Positions 39,919 to 53,709 of a DNA stretch of 64,000 bases are shown here, one piece after another; the first letter of the stretch is position 1; every line of letters begins with the position of its first letter. Both the position numbers and the translations under genes were made by a program. The DNA lies in the NCBI GenBank assembly GCA_013265495.1, contig MU058337.1, forward strand, positions 4,692,716-4,756,715, given 5' to 3'. The notes under the pieces were generated by a model, which did no database searches, was not told where the DNA came from, and saw only the letters and a list, made by a program, of their open reading frames with translations. This DNA is from Vicugna vicugna (lineage: Eukaryota).

Positions 39919-40277
39919 AGCTGCTATGAACCTTGGGGTGCATGTATCTTTTCAAATTGGAGTTTTCTCCAGATATAGCCCCAGGAGTGGGATTGCTGGA
40001 TTATGTGGTAACTTCATTTTAGTTTTTTAAAGGACTCTCTGTACTGTTCTCCATGGTGGCTTCACCAAATTACATTTCCACCAATAGTGTAGGAGGGTCC
40101 CCTTTTCTCCACATCCTCTAGCATTTATTGTTTGTAGATTTTTTTAATGATGGCCTTTCTGACCAGTTGTACCTCACGGTAGTTTTGATTTGCATTTCTC
40201 TGATAGTTAGTGATATTGAGCATCTTTCCATCTGCCTGTTGGCCATCTGTATGTCTTCATTGGAGTAATGTCTGTTT
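39919..40277 (-). mobile_element. L1 ORF2 C-terminal internal fragment
   Basis: gctgctatgaaccttggggtgcatgtatcttttcaaatt...gattgctgga...ttgatttgcatttctctgat...ggccatctgtatgtcttc. Confidence 0.9.
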
Positions 40278-43200
40278 CAAATTTATTAGTAAGTTTCACT
40301 CCTGAGAGTTATCACTGAATAATGATAAACAACATGATCTTTGAGCCATACTATGTGGATTTAAATTAAATTAAAGTAATTAAATTGCAGATCTACCATG
40401 TCCTAGAAGCTCACTTAACTTCTTTTTTTTTCATTTTCTTACTTACTGTTTATTACTTCTTCTGTGATGTATACCTTCCAAGTTTTTCTGAACATTTTAA
40501 AGTGTAATTTTTTAAACATTTTTTTATTGAGTTATAGCCATAAAAACTGACATCACTTAACTTCTTTAAGTCTTGATTTACTTCTCTGTTAAATGGGTAT
40601 AAAACAGTACCTAAGTATAACATGTTCAGGAGAGTATCTAGCATTAATAAACATTATATTAGTGCTATTTGTTTATTATTATTATTATTATTAATTGCAG
40701 TAGTAGGGGTTTTGGTGTTGGTGGTAGTGGTAAGACACCCTTTATTAATGAACATATCTGTTAGGAAATGTGGAGGCCTAGGGCTGGCATTAGATTATGT
40801 AGTCCCCAAACCAGTAAGCCTACAATTAGGGAGCTTGAGAAACCCTGGCTTATCATGGAAACACTTGAACCAGGCCTGAAAGAAGTCTGCTGGAGAAGGA
40901 GGTCAGACCATCACTGGGACCATCATAGGGACCAGGAAGCATCGTGGGTGGTGGAGGCAGAAATCGGGCCGTTCTCTGCAGTTACGGGGCTAGCACTGCT
41001 TCTTGGAGAAAACTGGATATTTCTCAATGGTATCCCTGTTTCTTCGCTGTAGGAATCTCAAGAGAGAGTGGGGAGTTCATGTTACAAACCCACTTCTGCT
41101 GTATCTGTTATGTGGCTGCACTGTTGCCGTTGGCCACATTACTGAATTCCATTCTGCAGCCTACGCGTGGGATTTCTTTTAGCCTTCATTTCTTTTTTCC
41201 TTTTCTAAAATATCCTTTCCTAACATGATTCCCTCAGTATCTCTTCCTCATCACTACTTACTGTTTCCACAATATCAAGTCTCCAAGGGATGTATAGCTC
41301 CCTGGTTACAAAAAGTGAATTAGACAAAATCTTTACATTTGGGTTTAAATTATCATGGTAAATGCAATTTAGAATTAAAGTTAGAATAGTTAATGGGTTA
41401 CTATTAAATAGTTAGGGAGCTGGGGGAAGTTTGAGTGAAATTGGTGACTTAAATCACCAAAGTCGGTTTTTAGTAGCCCTTGCGCGGGTGTTTTATACAA
41501 TGGGAGGATCATGATTCAGTTTGTACAGTTTTGGTTTTCCAACCTCCTGAGCCATCACGGTGTTTCTGTAATCCCCACTGGCAGTTGCTTTCCTTTCCAC
41601 AGTCCTCACCTTACCCTCTCGTCGAGCTGCTGAAGCAGAGCAGGGGCCCCGGGCTCTGGGCGTTCTCAAAGTCAGGACTCTGGACTAGGGAAGCAGATCG
41701 ACCTGTCAAGATACCAGTGAAGCCAGGGAAGCTGATCAAGGAGGCGTTGGCCCTAGATTTATGCTGGAGGCGAGGGTGTGGTGGGGGGATTGATGACAGA
41801 GGCTGTCCACCTGAGGTGCAAGGTGCGCTGTGACTGGGGAGGCCTGGGGCGTGAGCTGAGAGAGCACGTGCGTGTGTGGAAAGATTTACCACTGTCATGG
41901 CTTGTGTTATCTTCACACATGCTTCTTGGGATGTGGTTAAATGTTGTCTATTTTCTTTAGTAACAGATTTAAAGGGGTATAGTGACACCAACTTTTATGT
42001 GGAAATTATGAAATGAAGGCCTCCTTTTATTCTGAGATGGGATTTTTTTCTTTATAATTTCTTGTGTCACATGAGCCTTGAATAGCTCTCAGTGATAGAC
42101 TCCCCTTTGAGTGAATGCAGGATTTCAATGAGCCCTAAGGTCTCCGAGACAGCAGTCAAGCAGACTGTGAATGTTTTGTACTTTTCTCTGTGAAGAATTC
42201 ACTGACAGAACAGTTTAGGATAGAGTTGGTGCTCAGACATTGGCAGATGCCGAATCAGAAAGAGGCAGCACCGAAAAGGAATGGGATGTCCGAAAAGTAG
42301 TAGTCATTGTGACACATGTTAATTGAAAAAACAGGTGATTTTCCGAGAAAAAGAAGGCGTCACTGCAGTCCTCTTGCTGTCAAAGGAGGAGCCTGCAGTG
42401 TAGAGAACGGCAGACACACCAGGACCAGGGGGAACGACTCTCGGACTGAAGCCATTGACATTGTTTGAATTTAGCTTGGTTCCTGTCAGACATGGTGTGG
42501 TTTCCTGAGGGATCCGCTGCCTAGACTCAAGGTCTGGTTGTCTTCTCTATGCTATGAATGAATGGAAAAGCATCTATTTGCTAGAAAATTTGAATCTTTC
42601 AAGTTAGTGTGTTATTAAATTCTGAGCTCCATAAAGACATATTTCCCACTCGATCAGTCTCTTGGTTAGAATCAGCGGGTCCGCTTTGGATTTGAGCTAA
42701 GTATATCCCAGGGCCTTGCGCACTTCACCATGTGGTCGGGAATTCATCAGCTCAGTCACTGTTCCATTGTGTTCTTATGATGCAGTAAGTGCTTTGCTCA
42801 CAGATGACCTTTTTTTTAAGACTGACACAGAAACAGCACGTGGTAGGTGCTACCATGAAGGATGATTAATACATTATAGATTTGTGCAAGTGGCTAACAA
42901 ATTTTCACATATACAATGCTTCAAATAATATATGTTTCATTCCAAGTTTTTGCTTATTTTTGACCTTCTGGATGCTTTGAATTAAATAGGTCCAAGCAGA
43001 TAAATTTTGTCTAATGCTGCGATCCAGCTGATGTGCCCCGGTTTGACTATCCTGGTCCTTCACAGCCAGCAGAAGAGCTGACTGTTTTGCGTCTACTGTT
43101 GTGAAACGTGTTGAGTACCACCCATGCCTGGTGACTGGCCTAACGAAGGCTAAGAATTTGCCTGATTATAACTCCAGGTTGTGTGCTCGGTTACCCAGCT

Positions 43201-45459
43201 GTGCGCTTGGGCTGCCGACCTCTCTAATTTTGCCCCATGTTGGCAAAATGCCCTCCAGTTCTAGGCAAAAAGTCTAAGTGTGTTGAAGGAGAAAATGTCT
43301 ATCTTGTGTGAACAAAAAGGGCCTTTCAGACTGATGTTCTTCAGCGGTGGGTAAACACATGGTGTGTGGAGAAGCCAAGCTGGCAGGGCGGCAGCCACAG
43401 GGCGTCCTTAAGACATGCGGTGACTCAAGGGGAAAGTGTCCAAAGACTAAGCAAAGGCCGCGCAGGAGCTTTGGAACATACTTCCAGAATGACTGACCAG
43501 AGTCCTCCGGCAGGTTCAGATTCAGGAGCCAGGGGAGTGCATACATGCATCCCTGTGTTACTGGGCTACATTCTAAGCTACCCTCAGTTCTCCTGTCTTT
43601 CTCCATCAAAATGCCACCTTAAATCTCTCGAGTCCTGCCTTTTTGTTCTTGCGCCCGTCCCCTTCCACCCAGCGACCTCCTAAGGGTCTGTAATCATGGG
43701 CCTAATGAAACAGCACCGAAGGAAGATCACTCCAAGCTGGAACAGGGAGATGCTGGGTTATCTGAGCAGAACAGATTTGTTTTAAACCATTGGTAAGAAC
43801 TGATTTAATATTTACATTTTTTCTTCCTGAAATTTGATGTAAGTATTTTATGATACTGTCTTAGAAACATATGTTTGTTTAAAAAATAAATATATAGTTA
43901 CACTTTATTTTTTTGCAGACTTTGTTTTGAAATCTCATTAAAAATATATAGTGCAGTCACAAAGCAGAAAGCTGATGAAAGATTTTGTTTTTTCATTCAC
44001 TGAAGAAGAGTTGGAGGGTAGGTGATGTCTAGTCACCAATATATGGGGGTGCCTTGTGGTGCTGCTTAAGGGGACACCAATTCAATTCTTATCAAAAACT
44101 GGCATTAAAAATATTTTATTCACTGGCAACATAAATCTTTTCCAGTATGGATATTTTTTATTCAGCAGTGCATATAATTATTTTTAGAATAAATGAAGAA
44201 ACTTTCTTTTGAAAAACTACTTGTTGCTTGCAATGATTTTATTCATTTTTTTGTACAAATAATTGAATATTTTCCAGCAAGATTAAAATGAGAAATGAAA
44301 GACATTAAGGCTTGCTGTTTTATTTTCTTTTGTTTATTCATATACTAGAAAGTTAGACTTTTAGTCTCTTCCTGGAAAGACTTTCTAAATAAAGGAAAAT
44401 TAATGCAAAGGAAGAAACTTCCTTTTATACCTAGATGAAGGGTCTGTTGTTAAGAGCTCCCTTATCATTTGTCATTTCTGATGAGTTTAAGTGTTTCCGT
44501 GTCTGGATTTCTTTAAGACACTATTAGCAAATCTCTCTTGGATGCTTCACTGCACAATCATCCATCCATCACCTCAGGTGCTGTTCCATTGGTGTTCTTG
44601 GGAGCAGTGAGTGTCCTGCTCACGGCTGATTGTTCCTCGTTAAAAGACTGACATAAGAACAGTACAAGCAAACTGGTCTGAAAATGAGGGCTCTGTTAAT
44701 ACATTACATCTTTGTGCAGATATTATTTAAAGTGCCTATGTCCACATTACCTCAGATAGTATATATTTATATCCCTGGCTTATGGTAATTTTTGAGCTAT
44801 AGGATGATTTAAATTGCTATCATCCTGTAGTTTCATTTTCGTTAAAATAACTTTAATAAAATCAATCACATTTTAAAATTCTTGTTTGCATTAAAAAAAA
44901 AAGCTGCCATTGTTAACAATCTTAAAACAATTTTTTTTTTTTGTAATTCACTATGCTTTGTGAGTTATTCACATGAAGCCTTTTGCAAGGGAAGTGGTAG
45001 AAAATGTAGATGCAAAGATCTGGAAATTAGAGCAAACAGAAGATGCAGGAAGGGGTTAGTTCTGACAGAGGAAAAGCAGTCCATCCTTTCTGCCATCACA
45101 AAGGCTTACCTTTGGTTTGCATGGTCTGGAAGGGTATAACTCTAGGTAGCTAAATTTCACTGTAGGGTTTTATGTTTATGTTTTGGGGTTTTTTTTGGAG
45201 TAATTACAGAGGAACATCTCCCCAGCTCCCTCTCCCACCCCCTACAGTTTTATGGTAACAAAAGATGCCCTATGTTCTTAGTCACTGTGAACCTTTCACT
45301 GAACTACAGTGCTGAACTGATTGTAAAAGAAATGCTTTCGTGATGGAAGATGTGTTTAGAAATATCATACTGTGCTGCTTCTGCTGCTTTCATCTGTAAA
45401 TGGCTTTCTCTGCTGTTAGACCAGAATGGCCATCTGCTTGGGTGAGGGACAGAAGATAA

Positions 45460-45509
45460 GGAGCAGGGAGAAGGGAAGGAGGAGCAGGGAGAAGGGAAGG
45501 AGGAGCAGG
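45460..45509. repeat. 21-bp tandem repeat x2.4
   Basis: Unit GGAGCAGGGAGAAGGGAAGGA at 45460-45480 and 45481-45501 plus a partial copy. Confidence 0.9.
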
Positions 45510-45705
45510 AGCGGGAGGGGGAAGATGACAACAACAGGGAGAAGCAAAAAAAGAGGAAAAGGAAAGCTGATATTTCCTACCTAATTTTGTGTCGTCATCA
45601 AGATAATAGACACAAAATCCATAATTCATCAAAAAGAAGACCGTGATCTTAATACCGAGCCACATTTACATTCTATAGCCTAGAACAAGTTAGTTTTGAA
45701 TTAGT

Positions 45706-45907
45706 TAGTGGCTGTTCAGTTTGGCAGCCGCTAACCACTTGTGGCTGTATAAATTTAAATTTAAATTAATTTTAAACATTCAGCTCCTCAGTCTCACTAG
45801 TCAGACTTCAAGTGCTCCAGAGCCACATGCGGCCAGTGGTTACTGTGTTGGATGGCGTGGCTCTCCAACATTTCCATCATCGGGGAGAGTTCTACTGGGC
45901 AGTGCTG
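45706..45907 (-). mobile_element. MER3 (hAT-Charlie)
   Basis: aaccacttgtggct...aaatttaaattaa...ctcagtctcactag...caagtgctc...catttccatcatc...agttctactgggcagtgctg. Confidence 0.85.
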
Positions 45908-46066
45908 TTCTTCTCGGGGAAGTTGAATTCCTGAAAGAACTTCTTTCTGTTGGCTAGGATAAAGGTTATATTATTATGAATGTACTACTTTTGATTGGGG
46001 CTTTTAAGCAGCATTAAATCAGTTACTAGGAAACAAAGAAACTATTTTTTCTATTTGCACATCTTT

Positions 46067-46882
46067 TTTTTAAACGGAAATATAGTTGATTTACAATGTT
46101 GTGTTAGTTTCTACTGTACAGCAGTGATTCTGTTATACATATATATTGAGATATATATATGTATATATTCTTTTTCAGATTCTTTTCAATTATAGGTTAT
46201 TACAAGACTTTGAGTATAACTCCCTGTGCTATACAGTAAGACCTTGTTGTTTACCTATTTTATATATAGAAGTTTGTATTTGCTAGTTCCAGACTCCTAA
46301 TTTATTGCTCCCTCTCTTTCTTCTGTGGAAACCATAAGTTTGTTTTCTATGTCTGTGAGTCTGTTTCTATTTTATAAATAAGTTCATCTGTATCATTTTT
46401 AAAGATTCCACATATAAGTAATATCATATGATATTTGTATTTCTCTGTCTGATTTACTTCACTTAGTATGATAATCTCCAGGTTTGTCCATGTTGTTGCA
46501 AATTATTTCATTCTTTTTATGGCTGAGTAATATTCCACTGCATGTTTATACCGCATCTTCTTTATCCATTCATTTGTTGATGGACATTTAGGTTGTTTCC
46601 ATGTCTTGGCTGTTGTAAATAGTTCTGCTATGAACATTGGGTGCATGTATCTTTTCAAAATAGAGTTTTTGTCTTTTCTGGATATATGCCCAGAAGTGGG
46701 ATTGCTGGATCATGTGGCAACTCCAATTTTAGGTTTTTAAGGAAACTCCATACTGTTTTCCATAATGACTGCACCAATTTACATTCCCACCAACAGTGAA
46801 AGAGGGTTCCCTTTTCTCCACACCATTCCCAGCATTTATTATTTATAGACTTTTTGATGATGTCCATTCTGACCAGTTGGTG
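46067..46882 (-). mobile_element. 5'-truncated L1 with 15-bp TSD
   Basis: ORF 46655-46921 encodes the L1 ORF2 C-terminus ([30 protein letters not shown]...[13 protein letters not shown]). TSD TATTTGCACATCTTT at 46052-46066 and 46883-46897; short T tail. Confidence 0.95.
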
Positions 46883-49734
46883 TATTTGCACATCTTTGAG
46901 CAGCAGTGTGAATTTGCACATTTGCTCATATAACTCTAAAGAATTGAATTATTTCTTTTCTCGACAGTGGGGCTTTTGCTGTTACTTTTGCTTCCTGGAA
47001 CGTCTCTGGGACGGTGCTTAGCGGTGATTGCCTCTCCTTTTGTAACCTCCTGTTTGGGGGCTTATGATTTCCTTTGCACTTGGTTCAGTTAAGAAACATG
47101 TAAAATTTGGTCTGATGATCTGGTCTAAGTCCTGTCCTCAGGGGCCTGAGTGTAACTGGCTGCCAAACCAAGAACAGATGTCTCAGAGAGTCTGGGAGGG
47201 GTGACCAGGTGTTGGGTGGGAGGGACAAGTGGGAGACTGGAAACAGAGTAGGAAGGGAGAGCTCTTGGGCTGAGAATATTAGGAAAATGTGGGGAAGGCA
47301 GAATAGCTCCACGAGAGAGGCTGTGAAAGAGCCAAGCCTATGAATGAGAGGAGGCTTCCTGGCTTAAAGGTGTAGACCCTTCAGCCTCATCATGTTGTCT
47401 AAAGATTATTACTTTTTTAAAGTCCAAAGATAGGACTTGGGATGAATGACAGGGCAGAATGTGCAGTCTCCCGGAGAGGAAAGAATGTAAACTGTGAATT
47501 TGTCTTTTTTCTTCCCTCTCTCTGTGTTGTTCCAGATACAGCTGAGTCTCTAACTGTCATTAATTCCCTGTGTCTCTTTCCCAGCTACATCACAGTCTTC
47601 TAAACCCAGGGATCAGCAGCCGCTTACTCTGTTCTGGAATTTCCTTAGCGTGGAGTAAATCTTCAGTGTGTGTCTGTTGGCTGAAACAGTTAGGAAGGGA
47701 ATAGACCTTTGTCTGGAGGTTATTCTGTCCTGGGAATCTCCTGTGTTTCTTTTCCAGGACTCTTTGCACTGTATCCACTGGGTTTGGTTGGCTTCCTTTG
47801 CTCATTTAGAAGCTCCCTTGTGCTGACGCAGCTGTGGGTAGCAGGAGCCTTCCTTCAGCAAAGTGTGATCTCGCTGATGCCCTCGGCTGGCATCAGACGT
47901 CAAGAGCGGGGATCCCGAGACCCATGGGCCCAAGGGAACAAGTGCTCAAGAGAATCCATCCCCTCTTCTCTGGGTTCTTTAAAAAAAAATTGCTAGACTG
48001 ACTCTCCCTCTGAAGAACCTTGTTGTAGTCTGAGAAAAATAAACCCAAGTGGTAAGATCTTGCCTACATCAATTTGAAGGCAGATTTTCCCAGCAATAAA
48101 ATATTAATTTATTTTAAAGAAATGGCATTTGTGCCCATGGTTTATAAAGAGGTCAAAAATAAGAAATCTAGCTATTATCATGCTGTGTGCATTGGATTCA
48201 CGCAAGACTTTCTGAAAGTATTTTGTAGTTCCTCAGGCTGTTTTACTGCACTAATCAATGGGCAGCTCCAGGACTCAGTGTTCAGATGCCGTGGGCTGCC
48301 CCAGTGCCGCCCCAGAGAGAAGTACTTGCATTGACACCACATTTCCCCCCCACTTTGTAGGGCTTACCAAAAATGTGCTCACTGCTTCTAAAAATGATAA
48401 ATGAGAGCAGTTTCTGGTTCCCTGTTATAGTTTTCCTTTTTCTCTTCTTTCTTTTGTTCTTTCTTTTATTTTGGTGTGATAGCGAAGGCAGATGCTTTTT
48501 TTTGCATGAAAGCAAATGTATCTCATTTTCTTTTTTTTCTGTCACTCATCCGGCCTGTCTTTGTTCAACAGTAGGGTGATAACTGTTTATTATTCGGGCT
48601 GATTTTCAGTTATGAATGTTTCTGCTGCCAGATTAAACTCTCAGATTTTCAGAATATATTTTGTACAAGTTCCCCTGGGTGCAAATTCTTCTTCAGCAGC
48701 CCAGTTCTCCTGGGAGAGAACAACATTGATTATTAGAGCCGAAGCCCCTAATTCAACATTGAAAGGAACGGTTTCCACAAAAGGAAAAATAGTATGCTGT
48801 GGAAAATTGGGTCATGTTAAAAAAAAGGAAAAAAAACCCTTATCTCTGCTCACAGCATATCCAAACCATGTCAGAATTAGCAGTAGTGTCAAAGGTAAGG
48901 ACCCACGAACGGCAGTTTCCTGAGAATCACGACTGAGGAAGAAGAGGACCAGCGCAATCTTCACTGTGAGTGTTAGCAGCTGAGTTAGAGGTCAGTGTTA
49001 TTTTTATCATCAATTATCAGGTGTCGTGCACTTGAAAATGTGATATATGTCATTAAAATCAAACCACTCATAGAACAAGGGGCAGATAAGTTTCCTTTTG
49101 AGTATGATGTATAGAAGACCCTTGGCCCTGAGGAACTGAATGCGGGACTGACTGCCGTGGATTCTGAGTGTGGCCTCAGAGTCCCATGATCTATGGTAAC
49201 TTGGATCTTTGTGGGGACCTGAACCTGCATCCCAAGTTCTTGTGGCCTGGTATACCCGAGACCCGGGCTCTAGCTCAGCGGGACTGCTGGGCATCAGCCC
49301 CTCCGTCGTGCTCTGCTGGTTTGCTACACTCGTTTGCTTCAGCCTCCCCAGTAAATAAAAACCATATTTTTTTTTTCAGGGGAGTGAAAAAGCAAGCTTC
49401 AGCTAGGAAGCCTACTATTGGATGCCAGGGATGGAAGCCAAGCTCAGAAAGTTAGGGTTTTTTTTTGATGTGGGTGTACAACCAAGTTCCCAGGAGACAG
49501 CTGTGGGAAATATGAATGTCCACACACTTTCCTGAGACCTGTGCACTTAGCAGTGAGGGGGGCGAAGGGGCCGCACAAGGGAAGTACTAGGTTCATTCCC
49601 TGATTTTAGTACGTTGTAAGTCTGGTTGTAAGAGGCGTGAGCGATCCTTGTGTGCTGTTCTGTTCCCTGCATGAGTGCCTATGTGATAGGTGCAGACCTT
49701 CAGCTTTAGAAAAGTATAGAGATTCAGGGCTTCA

Positions 49735-49935
49735 CTGACTCATCCACTCATTTAACAACTGTATCCTCGAGCATGCGCCTACTGTATGCGAACACCGCGC
49801 CAGGCGCTGAGAATGCAGTGATGAACAAACAGGTCTCCTGGAGGGAAACTTACAGCCACCGGGGATAGAGCTGTTGAGTGAGTAGGTGCACGACTGTAGA
49901 ATTTCACAGTAGTGAGAACCTTGAAAGGTGATCCC
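49735..49935 (-). mobile_element. L2 3' end
   Basis: cactcatttaacaactgtatcctcgagcatgcgcctactgtatg...ccaggcgctgagaatgcagtgatgaacaaac. Confidence 0.8.
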
Positions 49936-51047
49936 AAGAAGCTATGAATGACATGGTGACAGGCCACTCAACGTGGTGTTGGGATTGGACCCCGATATCG
50001 AAGAATGAGTGCACCTTGAGACACTAGGAGTTTGAAAATATTTCCCCCGTGTTCCCCAAACTACATTTTTATTCATTCTCCAGGAATTGTTTACATTGTA
50101 GGAATGCACATTTTCCATTGATACTAGAATCAGCAACACTGTGCAAGCGTAAAGTATCATGTTTAATGAAAAGTAGTGAGGGTTTTAAGGATAGACTGTC
50201 AGTGAGTTGCTTCATATTTTTACCTGTGGCCTCCTTGAAAAAATTGAACTTTTTGGTTCAAGGTTTTTCAAGCTATAATTTTATTGAAAGGAATTCAATG
50301 GCTACATACACTGAAAGCCACAATAAAAAGGCAAGAAAGCTAAAAAACATGATTTTCGGTACATAATAACCTGGCTCTTTTATTTATTTAATTTTATTGA
50401 TCCATTATCTGAAGGATTACAATTCATGACCTTTTATTCTCTTACAAATTGATTTCTCTTTAAATATGTTCAGCATCTTCCAAACCATATTTTGGAAAAA
50501 AAAAAAAACCCAACAAGATACAGCATTTCAGTTTCTAGTATTTTAACGGGAGTTCTCTGACAGAGTTTTTTCAAAGTTCAAGGCTTTTTGGAACTAAAGT
50601 TCCACCTGTTTATAGTTGTTAAGTCAATGGGTTCAATGTATCATTTACTTTTCAGACTTCTTATTTATTTACTCTTCAGATAAATACAGTAAAAATTAAT
50701 CCAGGTTGAATGAGTCACATAGATACATAGAAATTATTACTCTCCAACCCAGTGTTCTTTTTTTTTTTAAAGTTTAAAAGGTAAACTATGGAACGTATTG
50801 CTTGGTTTTTCAGTGGTAGTAGATTTAAGGAAAAAAGCCTGAGTATGTATGCCAAAAATCTGTCACAGGTGGCTTCTTTCCAGTGACTGTGAGCAAATCT
50901 TATGTTTTAATTAAAGGAAAATTCTGGTCTGGGACTTGGTACCATATTGTTTCAACAGGTATACGCTGAAGTATCCATTAATTTGCTCTTTGTCAGCCTC
51001 TTAGTGCCCAGCTTCTGTCATATCTTGTTGGCAAAGCCTCTTCTATA

Positions 51048-51668
51048 CAGTTGACTCTCCGTATTCACAGTATTTATGGTCTGCGTAGTGGCTTCCAACA
51101 CTGAATTAGAGACCACAGCACCGCTGTGCCTAGGGGAAACATGGGGCTAGGTTCCTGTGAGCCTCCAGTCACATTTCCATCAACTGATCAATATATAACC
51201 GTTTTATGTATGTTCCTGTTTAAAGACACCTTATTTAATATGTATTAATTAACACTGAACTCACAGCCAACAGCGCTAAACTCATGCCCAAGCAGAGCGT
51301 ATCTAACACGTATTTCCTCCATAAAGCACATCGCAGCCTTCTTGTGCTCAGAAACACCAGACAGCACTCCAGCACTACACTCGGGGACCATTTAAACAGG
51401 GAAATCACCAACAAAAAGCACAAAAATGTGGAAAACATGGCACTCAACCCACTGTGGCGAGGATACCTGTTTACAGTATCAGCTGAAACCTCAGCCCAAC
51501 CTCAGCTGGGAGCGAGCACAGCCGTCGGTGACTTAGATGCCTCTCCACGCTTCATGTGCTGTGGGTGGCTGTGCGGGCATAGCAAGTGTTCATCTGGGGG
51601 TTACAGATATGTCTTACAGAGTGGGTAAGTTTGCAGCTACAGACTCTGGAAATGAGTAGGGTCAGCTG
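51048..51668 (+). mobile_element. MER82 (TcMar-Tigger), near full length
   Basis: TA|CAGTTGAC start; aacactgaattag...cctaggggaaac...aaagacaccttatttaata...aatcaccaacaaaaagcacaaaaatg; ends gggtcagctg. Confidence 0.9.
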
Positions 51669-51679
51669 GATTCCTTTTG

Positions 51680-51905
51680 TTCTGCTCTTACCATCACCAT
51701 TCTGCTCTCGGTCCCGGTCAGTGACTCCTGGGTTACTGCAAAACCCCTTGTTATTCTCTCTCTTCAGCCTTGTCTCATTTATTCTTCCCTCTCGCTACCA
51801 CTAGGTTAATCTTTCCAGTTTCTTTTACATTGTCACCACCTTTCTCAAATCTTAAACTTTTCAAATGAAACCAAAAATCCTGGCATTCAAGGACTCTCTG
51901 GTTCT
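51680..51905 (+). mobile_element. L2 fragment
   Basis: Pyrimidine-rich; cctggcattcaaggactctc motif. Confidence 0.55.
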
Positions 51906-51941
51906 ATATTTTCTCTCATTTTATATCCCAATTCTCCTAGG

Positions 51942-52113
51942 CAGCATTGTTCAATAGCACTTTCTTCAGTGATGGAAATATACTATATCTGCACTGAATT
52001 AGCACATGAGCTGAGACCGTTGAATGTCCACACCATAGCTAGTGTGACTGAGGAACTGCTCAGGTGTTACGTCTAGTAGGACTCAGGCTCCAGCCATGTA
52101 TTAGACAGCACAG
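51942..52113 (+). mobile_element. MER3 (hAT-Charlie), internally deleted
   Basis: cagcattgttcaatagcactttcttcagtgatggaaat...agctagtgtgactgaggaactg...gtattagacagcacag. Confidence 0.8.
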
Positions 52114-52499
52114 ACATCAACTGCCTCTGCTCCCTACGTCCCAAAGGTTATTTATAGATTTCCACTTTCCTGCCTTTGCCTGTATAGCTTCTCCCTCTTC
52201 CTGTTCCCCAACCTGGTCTTTATTTCCTACCCTCTGCATTTTTCCCTTTTCACATTCCACCCTGAGGGGAACTATGCATGACCCACCCCATCCAGGGGGA
52301 AGGGATGTCTGTGTTTTCTGAATTCCCAAAGATACTGTTTTGTTTAATGTCATCTCTTCCTATCATGATTGCAAAATCTCTACAGGTGCAAACTGGTCGG
52401 CATAAACATAGTGTCTAATATTCAAGCAGATATATACTTACTGATTGATTGTCAGTAGTGCTTTGTAGCACAAGAAAATAAGGTAAATAAAATGTATGC

Positions 52500-52793
52500 T
52501 GTTTGGGGATTGTAGAAGTCAGGAGAGGCTAGAAACAAAAAGACCGCCCGATCTCATCAGCACACACAGACAGATTATTTCTCGCTCACTCGCTGTACCT
52601 CTTGTGACCTGACTGTGGCTCTATCCAAGGTCTCTGCTAATTGGTCAGCACAAACTTCTGCCAGTAGGTGACGCATGACATTTTATTGGCCAAAGCAGAT
52701 CACCTGGCCACTGCCAGGGTCAATAGGGTGGGAATGTGTGACCCTCCTGCTTGGAGGACGTCAGAATAGTTGGTGAAAAGTAGTGAAATCTAC
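52500..52793 (-). mobile_element. Old MLT1 (H/I-like) LTR fragment
   Basis: cattttattggccaaagcagatcacctggcca...gaatagttggtgaaaagtagtgaaatctaca. Confidence 0.55.
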
Positions 52794-52829
52794 AGCAGGA
52801 ATCAGATGTCTAAGTTAGACTTTCACTGT

Positions 52830-53050
52830 TTTCCCTCTGTTTCTCGAATAGCTTCACTAACCCATCTCTCTGTATCTCTCCTGGCTTCACACTGTCCTTT
52901 AGGTAGCATCCAGAATGTTTTCCAGGGCTGAAAATGTCATTGCATCTTCCTGCACAAAAGCCTTTGAATGGTCTCCGTTTTGTATATGAAAATCCTAAAT
53001 CCTAATCCTAAGCATGCAAATCTTTATAATCCGGCCTCTTCTTGGTCACA
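52830..53050 (+). mobile_element. L2 fragment
   Basis: gcatccagaatgtttttcc...aaaagcctttgaatggtctcc...aatcctaagcatgcaa. Confidence 0.6.
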
Positions 53051-53263
53051 TTCCCACTATATACCCTGTGCTTTCGTGCCCTTGAATATCTTTGGAACCA
53101 GCCAGATCAACTCCTAGAATATTTGTCCCTGATAACCATCCTGCAGAGAGCCAGCCCAAAATGACCTCTGAGAATGATTGACAGCAACCCCGCCGGGAGA
53201 TTCGCACCCTCACTGGTGCTTCTGTAAGACACGATGCACACCTCTGGTTAGAGAGCATTTCTT

Positions 53264-53697
53264 TTTTTTAAATTGAAGTATAGTCGATTTACAGTGTTGT
53301 GTTCATTTCTGGTATACAGCATAGTGATTCATTTATATATATATTCCTTTTCATATTCTTTCTCATTATAAGTTATTACAAGATATTGAATATAGTTCCC
53401 TGTGTTGTACAGTAGGACCTTGTTGTTTATCTATTTTACATATAGTAGTTAGTATCTGCAAATCCTGAACTTTCCATTTATCCCTCGCCACCCTCTTTCC
53501 CCACTAGTAGCCACAAGCTTGTTTTCTCTGTCTATGTTTATCTCTGTTTTATAAATAAGTTCATTTGTGTCTTTTTTTTTTTGAAAAGATTCCGTACATG
53601 AGTGGTATATGGTATTTTTCTTTCTCTTTCTGACTTACCTCACTTAGTATGATGATCTCCACGTCCATCCATGCTGCTGCAAATGGCATTATTTTAT
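53264..53697 (-). mobile_element. 5'-truncated young L1 3'UTR
   Basis: T tail then aattgaagtatagtcgatttacagtgttgtg...gtaggaccttgttgtttatc...cacttagtatgatgatctcc...aaatggcattattttat. TSD-like (g/t)agcatttctt on both sides. Confidence 0.92.
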
Positions 53698-53709
53698 ATA
53701 GCATTTCTT

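Noticed and set aside
40755..41050. Possible ancient LTR fragment
   Set aside because: The texture is suggestive but I could not match it to a family with confidence.
45460..45509. CRISPR-like or coding repeat
   Set aside because: It is a simple head-to-tail purine-rich minisatellite with no spacers, in a mammalian context.
46655..46921. ORF with a recognisable protein motif
   Set aside because: It is the C-terminus of L1 ORF2 within a 5'-truncated retrocopy, not a host gene.
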